Assembly: GCA_030753015.1 (NCBI GenBank) | Contig: JASMDC010000012.1 | Coordinates: 28,734 to 92,733, forward strand | From: Candidatus Undinarchaeales archaeon | Lineage (GTDB): Archaea > SpSt-1190 > JASMDC01 | Direction of reading: 5' to 3' | DNA length: 64,000 bases | Part shown: positions 9,482 through 18,641 of the stretch, piece after piece | Numbering within the stretch: the first letter of the stretch is position 1 | Layout: each line of letters opens with the position of its first letter | Notes under the pieces: generated by a model | What the model was told of the DNA's origin: nothing | What the model saw: only the letters and a program-made list of their open reading frames with translations | The model's database searches: none | Translations under genes and position numbers: made by a program

Positions 9482-10480
9482 TCATGACAAGGACGATGCA
9501 TCGCTTCCTTCCAGCGATTCAACGGTCTCCTCGAGTGCCTCTAGCGGATCCTTGCCCTTGATGCGCGCGACCCTATCCCTGAGACCCGCGATCTTCTTCT
9601 CGAACCGCCCCCGTTCCTCGATGTCGAAGGGGAAGAGGTCCTCCTCCGCCTCGTCAAGGCGCGCAAGAAGGCTGGGCTTGAGGGCAGGATCATGTTCCTT
9701 GATGTCCTTCTCGATGGCCTCGAGGAGCTTGGTCATGATGCGCGAGTTGGGCGTCTCGATATAGGTGCGCTTCTCGTGCTTGCGCTTGCGTGGCTGGTGC
9801 GGGCGGTGGGTCCGTGGCGGCATGTACACCATCCTGAGGTCGAACGTGCTAGAGAGCCGGGACATGAGGCCGATGATACGTCCCAGTCGCCGGTCCACCT
9901 CCTCAACGATATGGAAGCGCTTCCGGTTCACGGTAAGGGTGTCGGCGATGGACCGCAGGTCGTCCACGAGGCTCTCGGCGCGTGGGGGGTCCTGGCAGGT
10001 GCGGACCTGACGGTCGAACTTCGCGAGGTCGCGATCGACCCGCGCGAGGACCAATTCCTGAGTGGAAAGTTCGAGCGGGAGGTCGGCGGTATCGACCCCC
10101 ACCGAGGCCAACATGTTCAGGAGTCCTGTATGGACCTGCATGACCTCTTTCCGTGCTTCGGCGTTCTCCTCGCCGGTGAGCGAGCGCTCGATGTCATACA
10201 GGTCGCGAAGGAGCTCCCGGGCGAGGTCGACCTTCGGGATATAGCGCGCCGTGTCGATGCAACGCTCAAGGCGCTGCCTGATCTCTGGCGTTAGCACCGA
10301 TGCATTGAGCCGTACATCGGACCTGTCCTTCCTCTCAGTGGCGTGTTCCTTATCCGATCCGCTCTCGAGCGCATCGACACGTGAGAGGATGGCGTCCTGC
10401 TGCGAACCCATCCGCTCGAGCTGTAAGAACATCTCCTTCTGCTGGGCGAGCAGCTTCCGGAGTAGTTCGGTCTCCTCCAT
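9482..10480 (-). CDS. Hypothetical helical/coiled-coil protein
   Basis: Long ORF; likely start MEETELL at 10480, downstream of a TATA tract shared with the tRNA; charged all-alpha composition. Confidence 0.75.
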   Translation of the reverse strand: MEETELLRKLLAQQKEMFLQLERMGSQQDAILSRVDALESGSDKEHATERKDRSDVRLNASVLTPEIRQRLERCIDTARYIPKVDLARELLRDLYDIERSLTGEENAEARKEVMQVHTGLLNMLASVGVDTADLPLELSTQELVLARVDRDLAKFDRQVRTCQDPPRAESLVDDLRSIADTLTVNRKRFHIVEEVDRRLGRIIGLMSRLSSTFDLRMVYMPPRTHRPHQPRKRKHEKRTYIETPNSRIMTKLLEAIEKDIKEHDPALKPSLLARLDEAEEDLFPFDIEERGRFEKKIAGLRDRVARIKGKDPLEALEETVESLEGSDASSLS

Positions 10481-10544
10481 CGCATCGAGCCTTGAAGGGT
10501 AATTTTTTAAATACCTCCCGCCAATCCAGAAAACACACTCTTGT

Positions 10545-10638
10545 GGGGACATAGTGTAGCTAGGCAGCACGGTGGGCTCCAGAATCCATTCACGGCTGTG
10601 GAAACCCGCAAACTAGGGTTCAAATCCCTATGTCCCCA
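10545..10638 (+). tRNA. tRNA-Trp (CCA) with a 21-nt intron at position 37/38 (10583-10603)
   Basis: Acceptor stem GGGGACA/TGTCCCC; anticodon arm GTGGG-CT-CCA-G[intron]A-CCCGC; T-arm TAGGG-TTCAAAT-CCCTA; 73 nt after splicing; no encoded CCA; TTTTTTAAATA upstream. Confidence 0.93.
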
Positions 10639-10697
10639 CTCCTTCACCCTTCCCTGTCCGAACACTTTTTAACGCTTCAGGCTTTCGTCCAGCGCCC

Positions 10698-11282
10698 ATG
10701 TCCATCGAGGAGGAGTTCGGTGTCAAGATCGTCGCCGAGAGCGCGATGTGCCCCATCTGCGGCAAGGATACCGTTGTGGTCTCCAAGCGCGAGCACATGG
10801 GCGGGGATCTCGAGGGCGTGACGGAGATCTTCAACCAGTGCCGCTCGTGCTCGTATTGCGCCTCCGATGTGTTCCCTTCAGCAGGAGGTGAGCCAAAACG
10901 CTATACTTTCCGCGTGCGTTCCAGCAAGGACCTGGATGTACGGATCGTGAAGTCCTCCACCGCGACCGTGCACATCCCCGAGCTCGGCGTTGATATCGAG
11001 CCCGGACCCGCGTCCAAGGGATATATCACAAACGTGCAGGGCGTGCTCGAGCGAGTGAAGGACGCGATACACATGGCCCGGTCCTGGGAGACGACGGACG
11101 AGGGAAAGGCGCGCTGTGACGAGAAGCTCGCCTCCATCGATGCCATAATCGATGGGAACTCCTTTACACCCTTTCGTCTAATTCTCGAGGACATATTCGG
11201 TAACTGCATCATCATCGCGAAGCAGGCCAAGGCCGCGGCCCTCTCACCTGAAGAGGTCGATCGGATAGTCACACGGGGATAG
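10698..11282 (+). CDS. ZPR1-related zinc-finger protein (archaeal single-domain type)
   Basis: CPIC...CRSC zinc finger; IPELGVDIEPGPASKGYITNVQGVL and LILEDIFGN match the ZPR1 domain. Confidence 0.92.
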   Translation: MSIEEEFGVKIVAESAMCPICGKDTVVVSKREHMGGDLEGVTEIFNQCRSCSYCASDVFPSAGGEPKRYTFRVRSSKDLDVRIVKSSTATVHIPELGVDIEPGPASKGYITNVQGVLERVKDAIHMARSWETTDEGKARCDEKLASIDAIIDGNSFTPFRLILEDIFGNCIIIAKQAKAAALSPEEVDRIVTRG

Positions 11283-11293
11283 AGAAAGGGTGG

Positions 11294-11320
11294 GCGCCCG
11301 GCCTCTTGTGGACCGGGCGC
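11294..11320. terminator. GC-rich hairpin between convergent genes
   Basis: GCGCCCGG-N11-CCGGGCGC between the ZPR1 and rubrerythrin stops. Confidence 0.5.
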
Positions 11321-11335
11321 ACACAGAAGGGCGTC

Positions 11336-11911
11336 TCACCAGTTCTCGGCAAGGAGCTGGAAGTGTTCCTGACCATGGGCGCAGGCGGGGCATTCCGCGG
11401 GGGCCTCGGGCCCCTCGTGGACGTATCCGCAGTTGTCGCACTTCCACTTCACCGACCGGTCCTTCTTGAACACGGTGCCGTTCTCGATGTTCGCAAGGAG
11501 GCCGAGGTAGCGCTTCTCATGCTGCTTCTCGGCGACGGCGATGGACCGCATGACCGCAGCGATCTCTGGGAAGCCCTCCTCGTCAGCGATGTCGGCGAAC
11601 CCCGGGTACATGGTGGTGTGCTCGAAATTCTCGCCGGCAGCGGAGGCCTTGAGGTTCTCGGCGGTCGAGCCGATGATACCTGCAGGGAAAGCCCCGGTGA
11701 TCTCGACCTCGCCTCCCTTGAGGAACTCGAAGAGCTTCTTCGCATGCTCCCTCTCATTGTCGGCCGTCTCCAGGAAGACGTTCTGGATCTGGACGAAGCC
11801 GTCCTTCTTGGCCTTGGAGGCAAAGAAACCGTAGCGGTTCCGTGCCTGGGACTCTCCAGCGAACGCTGTGAGTATGTTCTTTTCGGTCTTTGTTCCTTTC
11901 AGTTCAGGCAT
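11336..11911 (-). CDS. rbr: Rubrerythrin
   Basis: [27 protein letters not shown] diiron motifs; C-terminal CDNC...CPAC rubredoxin-like domain. Confidence 0.97.
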   Translation of the reverse strand: MPELKGTKTEKNILTAFAGESQARNRYGFFASKAKKDGFVQIQNVFLETADNEREHAKKLFEFLKGGEVEITGAFPAGIIGSTAENLKASAAGENFEHTTMYPGFADIADEEGFPEIAAVMRSIAVAEKQHEKRYLGLLANIENGTVFKKDRSVKWKCDNCGYVHEGPEAPAECPACAHGQEHFQLLAENW

Positions 11912-11950
11912 TTTCAATTCACCTTCTCAGACAGAGTTATGGTCATCACT

Positions 11951-12340
11951 TCAGACCTTCGCCGACCATAGGCCGTGGACAGTACAGTACTCCCTGACCA
12001 GAAAGACCTTCTCGGCGGTACAGTTGCAGAAAAGGGCCTCAGGTGCCTGCCCCGGTTTCAGGAACGCTTTGTGCGTACCCGTGTCCGTGACTAGCTCGAT
12101 CATTTCGATGTAGTGCTCAGCCTCCATCGGATGTGCCACAGAGCCCACGGTCACCTTGAGTCCGGTATCTGTATCCTGCACTACGGGCACATGCTTCTCC
12201 TTGCCCTGGTCTTCGTTCTTTCCGGGAAGCAGTGTCATCCGCTGGCCGCAGCACACAAGCTCGGCGCCACCTCCGTGGATCAGCTCAACGATGTTCCCGC
12301 AAAACTCGCACTCATACACTTCCAATCGGTTCGTCGTCAT
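11951..12340 (-). CDS. dfx: Desulfoferrodoxin (2Fe superoxide reductase)
   Basis: CEFC...CCG centre I; EKHVP, HPM..EHYI and C..HG centre II ligands. Confidence 0.96.
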   Translation of the reverse strand: MTTNRLEVYECEFCGNIVELIHGGGAELVCCGQRMTLLPGKNEDQGKEKHVPVVQDTDTGLKVTVGSVAHPMEAEHYIEMIELVTDTGTHKAFLKPGQAPEALFCNCTAEKVFLVREYCTVHGLWSAKV

Positions 12341-12361
12341 AGAAAATCACCTTTTTCATCT

Positions 12362-12826
12362 TCAAGCTTTATTATCAGTACCCGCCGGAGGGTGGGGCGT
12401 ATCACAGCTATCACAATCATGGTCGCAGCTAGCGTGCACGGTGTGTTCTCCATTCCGTGCCCTGTAGTCCTTGATGGCCGCGTGCAGGGCATCGGCGGCG
12501 AGGTTCGAGCAGTGCATCTTCTTGGGCGGGAGCCCGTCCAGTTCGTCCGCCACGTCCTGACGCGTGATCTTCATGGCCTCGTCCACGTGCATGCCCATGG
12601 CCAGCTCGGTGACCATGCTGCTCGTGGCGATGGCAGAACCGCACCCGAATGTCCGGAACTTGATCTCGGAAATGATGTCTTCCTTGACGTTGATGAAGAT
12701 CTCCATGAGGTCGCCGCAGACAGGATTACCTACCTTCCCGTAGCCGTCAGCTTCCTCGATGACGCCGACGTTGCGGGGATTCATGAAGTGCTCCATCACC
12801 TTCTTGCTGTAGCCGATTTGTGTCAT
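12362..12826 (-). CDS. iscU: Fe-S cluster scaffold, IscU/NifU-N type
   Basis: YSKKVMEHFMNPRNVG, GNPVCGD, FGCGSAIA, KMHCSNL; extra His/Cys-rich C-terminal tail. Confidence 0.95.
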   Translation of the reverse strand: MTQIGYSKKVMEHFMNPRNVGVIEEADGYGKVGNPVCGDLMEIFINVKEDIISEIKFRTFGCGSAIATSSMVTELAMGMHVDEAMKITRQDVADELDGLPPKKMHCSNLAADALHAAIKDYRARNGEHTVHASCDHDCDSCDTPHPPAGTDNKA

Positions 12827-12838
12827 GTGACCACCTTC

Positions 12839-13996
12839 TCATAATGGGGATAGGTTTCTTAACCTTTCGACTGTGCCCCGGGCGGCGTCGACCACCGCGG
12901 GCACCTGGGCCATTGTGTTTGACCGTCCGAGGGTGAGCACCATGGACCCATGTGCCTGCTCATGCTTGAGCCCTATAGCGAGGAGTACATGGGACGCCTC
13001 CAGCGTGCGCGAGGTGCAGGCCGAGCCGGTGGCCATGGCGATACCGTACATGTCCATGCTCAGCAGGATGCTCTCGCCTTCGATCCGGCCGAACCGGAAA
13101 CTGGCGTGATGGGGTAATCGTCGCTCGGGATGACCGGTAAGATGGGAGTCCTCGATAGCGAGGATGCCTTTGACAAGCGCGTCCCTGACACCCTGCAACC
13201 GATTGCTCTCTTTGGCCATCTCGTCCCGGGCCAGACGGGCCGCTTCTCCCATCCCCGCGATGGCGAACACGTTCTCGGTACCCGAGCGAAGACCCTGCTC
13301 CTGGCCGCCGCCGGGGAGCACCGTCTGGAGCTTCACACCGGGAGCAACATAGAGGGCGCCGGCACCGGGCGGCCCCCCCATTGCATTCCCGGAGAGGGTG
13401 AGCAGGTCGATACCGTCCCGCTGGACATCGATGGGGATGCGCCCCGCCGTTGCGGTGGCGTCCACATGAAGGTATCTGCCCTTCTCATGGACTATCGTGG
13501 ACACTTCCTTGATGGGTTCGATGGTGCCGATCTCGTTGTTGGCGTACATGACCGAGGTCACAACGGTGGCATCGGTCAACAGCCCCTCCAGCGCCCCGAG
13601 GTCGATGAGCCCCCTCCCGTCCACCGGAGCGAGGGCCAACTCGAAACCATGCTTAGCGAGGTCCTTCATTGGATTGAGCACGGAGATGTGCTCGATGGCG
13701 CTGGCCACCACGGCCTTTCCCTTGCCCATATTCCGGATAGCGGTACCCCTTACGGCGAGATTGTTCGCCTCAGTGGCGCCGCTCGTGAAGATGAGCTTGC
13801 CCTTCTCATCGGCATTGATAAGAGCGGCAAGCCGTTCCCGAGCGTCCTCCACCGCTTGCTTGGTACCGAGACCGTCCGAGTGCAGAGATGATGGATTCCC
13901 GACGTCCTCTACGAGGTACCTCTGGGCAAAGGCGAGGACCCGCGGGTCCACTGGTGTCGCCGAGCCATGGTCCAAGTAGATTCGGTCCATCTCCAT
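12839..13996 (-). CDS. iscS: IscS/NifS-family protein lacking the PLP Schiff-base lysine
   Basis: YLDHGSATP, FTSGATEANN, NNEIG, RSGTEN and GSACTS present; canonical SAHK is replaced by SGNA. Confidence 0.92.
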   Translation of the reverse strand: MEMDRIYLDHGSATPVDPRVLAFAQRYLVEDVGNPSSLHSDGLGTKQAVEDARERLAALINADEKGKLIFTSGATEANNLAVRGTAIRNMGKGKAVVASAIEHISVLNPMKDLAKHGFELALAPVDGRGLIDLGALEGLLTDATVVTSVMYANNEIGTIEPIKEVSTIVHEKGRYLHVDATATAGRIPIDVQRDGIDLLTLSGNAMGGPPGAGALYVAPGVKLQTVLPGGGQEQGLRSGTENVFAIAGMGEAARLARDEMAKESNRLQGVRDALVKGILAIEDSHLTGHPERRLPHHASFRFGRIEGESILLSMDMYGIAMATGSACTSRTLEASHVLLAIGLKHEQAHGSMVLTLGRSNTMAQVPAVVDAARGTVERLRNLSPL

Positions 13997-14004
13997 CTCT
14001 CCGA

Positions 14005-14367
14005 TCAGAACCACATGGCCGCGTTAGCGTCCAGGGCGAGGTCATTGAGGGTGGCGGCTCCGACGATCTTGACGCCGTCCCGCAGCTCAACCTTCTCCCA
14101 GCCGAGCATCCGCTTTGAGGCTTCGCACACGTAAACGGGGATTCCCATCTCGACGGTCTTCTGGAGCATCTCGCCCACGCTGGGGAAGTCGCCGAGCTTG
14201 ATCTTCTCGGCCTCTCCCGGCCGCAACACCTTTAACGCCATCCCGAGGTAGTACACAATAGGTTCAAGGTCCATGGCCTTTGCCGTCTGTGCAAGGACCA
14301 GGGGTGAGTACTGCCGCTCGGGCGCATCGCTCGTCTGGACATAGAGGATCGATTTTTCGTTCTTCAT
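14005..14367 (-). CDS. DsrE/DsrF-like sulfur relay protein
   Basis: 120 aa; pattern LAQTAKAMD...YYLG.A...GIPVYVCEAS with the conserved DsrE Cys; C-terminal GAATL. Confidence 0.8.
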   Translation of the reverse strand: MKNEKSILYVQTSDAPERQYSPLVLAQTAKAMDLEPIVYYLGMALKVLRPGEAEKIKLGDFPSVGEMLQKTVEMGIPVYVCEASKRMLGWEKVELRDGVKIVGAATLNDLALDANAAMWF

Positions 14368-14420
14368 CGTTCCGATCTCCTTGGAGGTCTAATCCGCCAA
14401 TAGTATTATGTACGGGATAA

Positions 14421-14470
14421 CTATAAATACTTTATTGTACTAATTACAATGTAGTAATCATAACAAATCA
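14421..14470. promoter_or_regulatory. Divergent promoter with tandem PerR/Fur-like boxes
   Basis: ATTGTA-CTAAT-TACAAT inverted repeat (14434-14450) followed by TAGTAATCATAACAA (14452-14466), both GTAAnnnTTAC-like; TATAAATA adjacent; lies directly upstream of a Fur-family gene. Confidence 0.65.
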
Positions 14471-14492
14471 TGTTATTGGAGTGCACGAAATC

Positions 14493-14924
14493 ATGGCCGA
14501 TGATGCGATCGAACGCGGAGTGAAGCTTCTCAGGGACCATGGATTGAAGGTGACGCCCCAGAGGCTCGTGATCCTTCGATACCTTGAGAAATATCGTAAT
14601 CACCCTAATGCGGACGAGATCTACAATGCCCTGAAGTCACGGAATCCCTCGCTCTCGAAGACGACCGTCTACAATACACTTGAGACTATGCATAAGCAAA
14701 GGCTCGTCGATGTACTGACTATATCTGAGTCCGAACGCAGGTACGACCTTAGACGAGAGTCCCACCATCACTTCATGTGTCAGGAATGCGGGCGGATCCT
14801 CGACATAGAGATCGCATGCCCGAACTGTCACCGGATCATAAACGGAGAGCACCGGGTCGACGAGGTCCACGGTTACTTCAAAGGAATCTGCAGCGAGTGC
14901 CTGACCAAGGAAGATAAACTATGA
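14493..14924 (+). CDS. perR: Fur-family regulator, PerR-like
   Basis: GLKVTPQR, HPNADEIY, TVYNTL, HHHFMCQECG..D, GICSEC; heads oxidative-stress genes. Confidence 0.85.
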   Translation: MADDAIERGVKLLRDHGLKVTPQRLVILRYLEKYRNHPNADEIYNALKSRNPSLSKTTVYNTLETMHKQRLVDVLTISESERRYDLRRESHHHFMCQECGRILDIEIACPNCHRIINGEHRVDEVHGYFKGICSECLTKEDKL

Positions 14925-16117
14925 GTGAGAGATGGACCATGGAGACCACCGAGATCAAACCGGGCGTGTACTGGGTCGGTGCCATCGACTGGGACGTCAG
15001 GAACTTCCACGGGTACCTGACCCAACGGGGGACCACATACAACGCCTACCTCATCATTGATGAGAAGGTCGTGCTGGTTGACACGGTCAAGGCACACCTG
15101 GCCGATGAGATGCTCGCGCGTATCCGTGCGATCATCGATCCCGCAAAGATCGACTACATAGTCTCTAATCACGTAGAGATGGATCACTCCGGCTCCATCT
15201 CTGCAGTCCTCGAGCACGCTCCGAGCGCGAAGGTCATCACCTCTACCATGGGCGCCAAAGGTCTCAAGCGCCACTACAAGGCGGACTGGGACCTCCAGGT
15301 GGTCAAGAGCGGCGACACCCTGTCCATCGGCAAGCGGACACTGGCATTCGTCCACGTCCCCATGGTCCACTGGCCCGACTCCATGGTCACCTACATCCAC
15401 GAGGACCGTCTCCTGCTCCCCAACGACGGGTTCGGCCAGCATATAGCTTCCTCTGAGCGGTTCGACGACGAGCTCGACTGGGGCATCCTGCGGGAGGAGG
15501 CCGCCAAGTACTACGCGAACATAATCCTCCCCTTCGGCGCGAACGTCCAGAAGGCCATGGAGTCTCTTGGCGGCCTCGATATCGACATGATCGCTCCAAG
15601 TCATGGCATCATCTGGCGCTCGCATATCCCTGACATCCTGGCAGAGTATCAGAAATGGTCGACCTATGCCACCGAGACATGCGCGGTCATCGTCTACGAC
15701 TCCATGTGGGGCTCGACCCAGAAGATGGCGCACGCTCTCGGGGACGGGCTGCGCGAGACCGGCGTACATGTCCACCACCACAATCTCAAGCACACCCACA
15801 TCTCCGATGTGATGACCGACGTCCTCACGGCCCGACTGGTCTGCATCGGCTCACCCACGTTGAACAATGGTATACTCCCGACGGTGGGGGCGTTCCTCAC
15901 CTATGTAAAGGGCCTCCGCCCTGAGAAACGGTTCGGGTTCGCCTTCGGCTCCTATGGCTGGGGCGGACAGGCCGTCAAGGAGATCGAGACCGTCATGGAC
16001 GGGCTCAAATGGGAGCGGCCCGAGGACGGGGTTCGTATCACGTACATCCCGGACGAGGATGAGCTCGACGCGGTGCGGGAGACCGGCCGGGCCCTCGGGA
16101 AACAAATAAGAGACTGA
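14921..16117 (+). CDS. fprA: Flavodiiron protein (FprA, O2/NO reductase)
   Basis: NHVEMDHSG, HWPD, NDGFGQH, PSHG metallo-beta-lactamase diiron motifs; flavodoxin domain SMWGST...GSPT...GSYGW. Confidence 0.97.
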   Translation: MSERWTMETTEIKPGVYWVGAIDWDVRNFHGYLTQRGTTYNAYLIIDEKVVLVDTVKAHLADEMLARIRAIIDPAKIDYIVSNHVEMDHSGSISAVLEHAPSAKVITSTMGAKGLKRHYKADWDLQVVKSGDTLSIGKRTLAFVHVPMVHWPDSMVTYIHEDRLLLPNDGFGQHIASSERFDDELDWGILREEAAKYYANIILPFGANVQKAMESLGGLDIDMIAPSHGIIWRSHIPDILAEYQKWSTYATETCAVIVYDSMWGSTQKMAHALGDGLRETGVHVHHHNLKHTHISDVMTDVLTARLVCIGSPTLNNGILPTVGAFLTYVKGLRPEKRFGFAFGSYGWGGQAVKEIETVMDGLKWERPEDGVRITYIPDEDELDAVRETGRALGKQIRD

Positions 16118-16145
16118 TGTAAGATAATGAAAAGGAGGAATCGAC

Positions 16146-16382
16146 ATGGCAGACATAACCGTATACTCAACGCCAACCTGCCCCTATTGCAAGATGGTCA
16201 AGGCGTTCCTGAACGAGAAAGGGGTCGAGTTCAAGGACATTGACGTATCGACCGATCGCGATGCGGGCAAGACGATGATCGAGAAGTCCGGCCAGATGGG
16301 TGTACCCCAGATCGAGATCAACGACAAGATCATCGTGGGGTTCAACAAGGAAGCGCTAGAGAGGGAACTTGAGAGTGTATGA
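16146..16382 (+). CDS. Glutaredoxin-like protein (NrdH/YruB type)
   Basis: YSTPTCPYC, SGQMGVP, IVGF. Confidence 0.95.
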   Translation: MADITVYSTPTCPYCKMVKAFLNEKGVEFKDIDVSTDRDAGKTMIEKSGQMGVPQIEINDKIIVGFNKEALERELESV

Positions 16383-17295
16383 TGTCATCATCGTGGGCGC
16401 GGGCCCCGCCGGAATAACCGCGGCTGTGTACGCCGCGCGGAAGAAGATGAGGACGCTGGTCCTCACCAAGAACATCGGCGGGCAGGCGGCCCTCTCGGGA
16501 GATGTCGAAAACTACACAGGCTTCCAGTTCATCACCGGAATCGAGCTGGCCCAGAAGTTCGAGGAACATCTCAAGGGCTTCGACATCGAGGTCCGGATCG
16601 ACGTGGAGGCGTCGTGCATCAATAAGGAGGGCGACCATCTTCTGGTCAATACGCCATCGGGTGATATCTCCGCTCGGAGCGTGATCCTCGCCACAGGAAG
16701 ACGTCCTCGGAACCTGAACGTACCGGGCGAGCAGGAATACCGCAACCGGGGTGTGACCTGGTGCGCCACATGCGACGCGCCCCTGTTCAGTGGTATGGAC
16801 GTGGCGGTCATCGGCGGGGGGAACTCCGCCATGGATGCTGCGCTCCAGCTGGACACTATCGCGAACAAGGTCTACCTGGTCAACAGGAACGACGATCTAG
16901 CAGGTGACGAGATAATGAAGGAGAAGCTACTGGCCTCCGAGAAGGTCGAGGTTCTCAATCTAGCAGAGACGAACGAGATCATCGGTGATGACTTCGTGAC
17001 CAATCTCAGAGTGCTCGTGGACGGTGAGGAGCGCCTACTGGTGGTCGGGGGCGTGTTCATCGAGATCGGCTCCGTGCCCGTTAACGCTCCAGCTTGCGAG
17101 GCCGAGAAGAACGAGTGGGGCGAGGTCATCGTCAACGAGCGGTGCGAGACGAACGTCCCCGGACTGTTCGCAGCGGGTGATGTCACGGACATACCGGAGA
17201 AACAGATAATCGCTGCGGCTGGTCAGGGATGTATCGCACTCCTCTCGGCGTTCAAGTACTTATCAACCCACAAGTTCGAAAATGAAACGAAATGA
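16369..17295 (+). CDS. trxB: Thioredoxin reductase
   Basis: GAGPAG FAD motif, CATCD active site, GGGNSA NAD(P)H motif, TNVPGLFAAGD. Confidence 0.93.
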   Translation: MRVYDVIIVGAGPAGITAAVYAARKKMRTLVLTKNIGGQAALSGDVENYTGFQFITGIELAQKFEEHLKGFDIEVRIDVEASCINKEGDHLLVNTPSGDISARSVILATGRRPRNLNVPGEQEYRNRGVTWCATCDAPLFSGMDVAVIGGGNSAMDAALQLDTIANKVYLVNRNDDLAGDEIMKEKLLASEKVEVLNLAETNEIIGDDFVTNLRVLVDGEERLLVVGGVFIEIGSVPVNAPACEAEKNEWGEVIVNERCETNVPGLFAAGDVTDIPEKQIIAAAGQGCIALLSAFKYLSTHKFENETK

Positions 17296-17337
17296 GACGT
17301 GACTGACGATAGAACAGTAACTATTGGAGTGATCAAA

Positions 17338-17850
17338 ATGTTATCGGAAAGGATGCAAGAGGCCTTGAACAAGCAGGTCAACGCGGAGCTCTACTCCTCG
17401 TACCTTTACCTCTCCATGGCGGCCTACTTCTCCGCCAAGAACCTGCCAGGATTCGCCAGCTGGATGACCTGTCAGGTACAGGAGGAGATCGTGCATGCTA
17501 TGAAGATACATCAGCATGTGCTCGGGCGTGGTGGGGGAGCGACCCTTCTACCTATCGAGGGCCCACCCCTCGACTGGGAGTCACCTCGGGCCGTGTTCGA
17601 GGCTACCTATGCCCACGAGCAGAAGGTCACGGGGCTCATCAACGGCCTCGTCGACCTTGCACAGGAGGAAAAGGATCATGCAACAGTGAACTTCCTCCAG
17701 TGGTTCGTCGCGGAGCAGGTAGAGGAGGAGGAATCCGCTAGTGGGGCGCTCGAGAAGGTAAAGCTCGCAGGGGACGGCGCAGGTCTGTTCATGCTTGATC
17801 AGGAGCTCGCTCAGCGGATCTTTACAATCCCCCCCGTCCCTAGTGAATGA
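17338..17850 (+). CDS. ftnA: Ferritin (non-heme, FtnA type)
   Basis: [30 protein letters not shown] ferroxidase ligands. Confidence 0.95.
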   Translation: MLSERMQEALNKQVNAELYSSYLYLSMAAYFSAKNLPGFASWMTCQVQEEIVHAMKIHQHVLGRGGGATLLPIEGPPLDWESPRAVFEATYAHEQKVTGLINGLVDLAQEEKDHATVNFLQWFVAEQVEEEESASGALEKVKLAGDGAGLFMLDQELAQRIFTIPPVPSE

Positions 17851-18305
17851 ATATGATGGAGGAACTGACTATGGCTAACGATGTTGAGATTTGGGATCAC
17901 ATGACAAAGGACCATGCACGGATCATAGGATTCCTTGAGGGGCTGCGCGTGAGCTTCGGCAAGGAGCCCTCGGTGATCAGACAGGCTTTCGAGCGGTTCC
18001 GTTGGACACTGGAGAAGCACTTCTTCACAGAGGAACGTGCCATCTTCACCTTCCTCAAGCAGGAGGATGAGACCGGTGGGATGATCAATGACATCCTCCG
18101 CGAGCACAGTGAGATCCTGGGGATGCTGGATGCGCTCGGTAAGGACATAGATGACGAGCGACACATCGACATCACGGGATTGAGCGACCTGCTGGTCCGA
18201 CATAGCCAGTTCGAGGAGAAGGTGCTCTATCCCCGACTTGATCGGGAGCTGTCCGCCGAGCATAAGCGGTTCATCCTTGGGCGCATAACCTCGATCGTGG
18301 AGTAA
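17847..18305 (+). CDS. Hemerythrin/HHE cation-binding domain protein
   Basis: H...HFFTEE...EH...HSQFEE.VLYP duplicated HHE pattern. Confidence 0.88.
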   Translation: MNMMEELTMANDVEIWDHMTKDHARIIGFLEGLRVSFGKEPSVIRQAFERFRWTLEKHFFTEERAIFTFLKQEDETGGMINDILREHSEILGMLDALGKDIDDERHIDITGLSDLLVRHSQFEEKVLYPRLDRELSAEHKRFILGRITSIVE

Positions 18306-18314
18306 GGTTCTTCT

Positions 18315-18641
18315 GTGGAGGGTCCTACCATGTCGAGTTCTGATGTGAACAAGGGGGATGAAGCAGCAAGTGGCCCAACGGTAGTGCTATCGGACGATGC
18401 TCCGAGCTGCACTTCCCCGAGCTGTCCCCTCTGTCGGTGGGAAACCTTGGCCTTCATCATCCTTGGTTTCTCCCTCGTGATGACCGGCCGGCGGGACTTT
18501 ATGCTCTCAGGCTATCTCATCATATTGGTTGCTTACTCCCTGGCATTCCTCGGCATTCCCCTTCCCGATCCATTCAGGATACAGTCGCGGACCGCTCCCG
18601 CGGCGGGATCGATCGGAGAGGGACCGGAGGCGGATGAATGA
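18315..18641 (+). CDS. Small two-TM membrane protein with a Cys motif
   Basis: CTSPSCPLC followed by two hydrophobic helices; ATGA overlap with the next gene. Confidence 0.65.
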   Translation: MEGPTMSSSDVNKGDEAASGPTVVLSDDAPSCTSPSCPLCRWETLAFIILGFSLVMTGRRDFMLSGYLIILVAYSLAFLGIPLPDPFRIQSRTAPAAGSIGEGPEADE

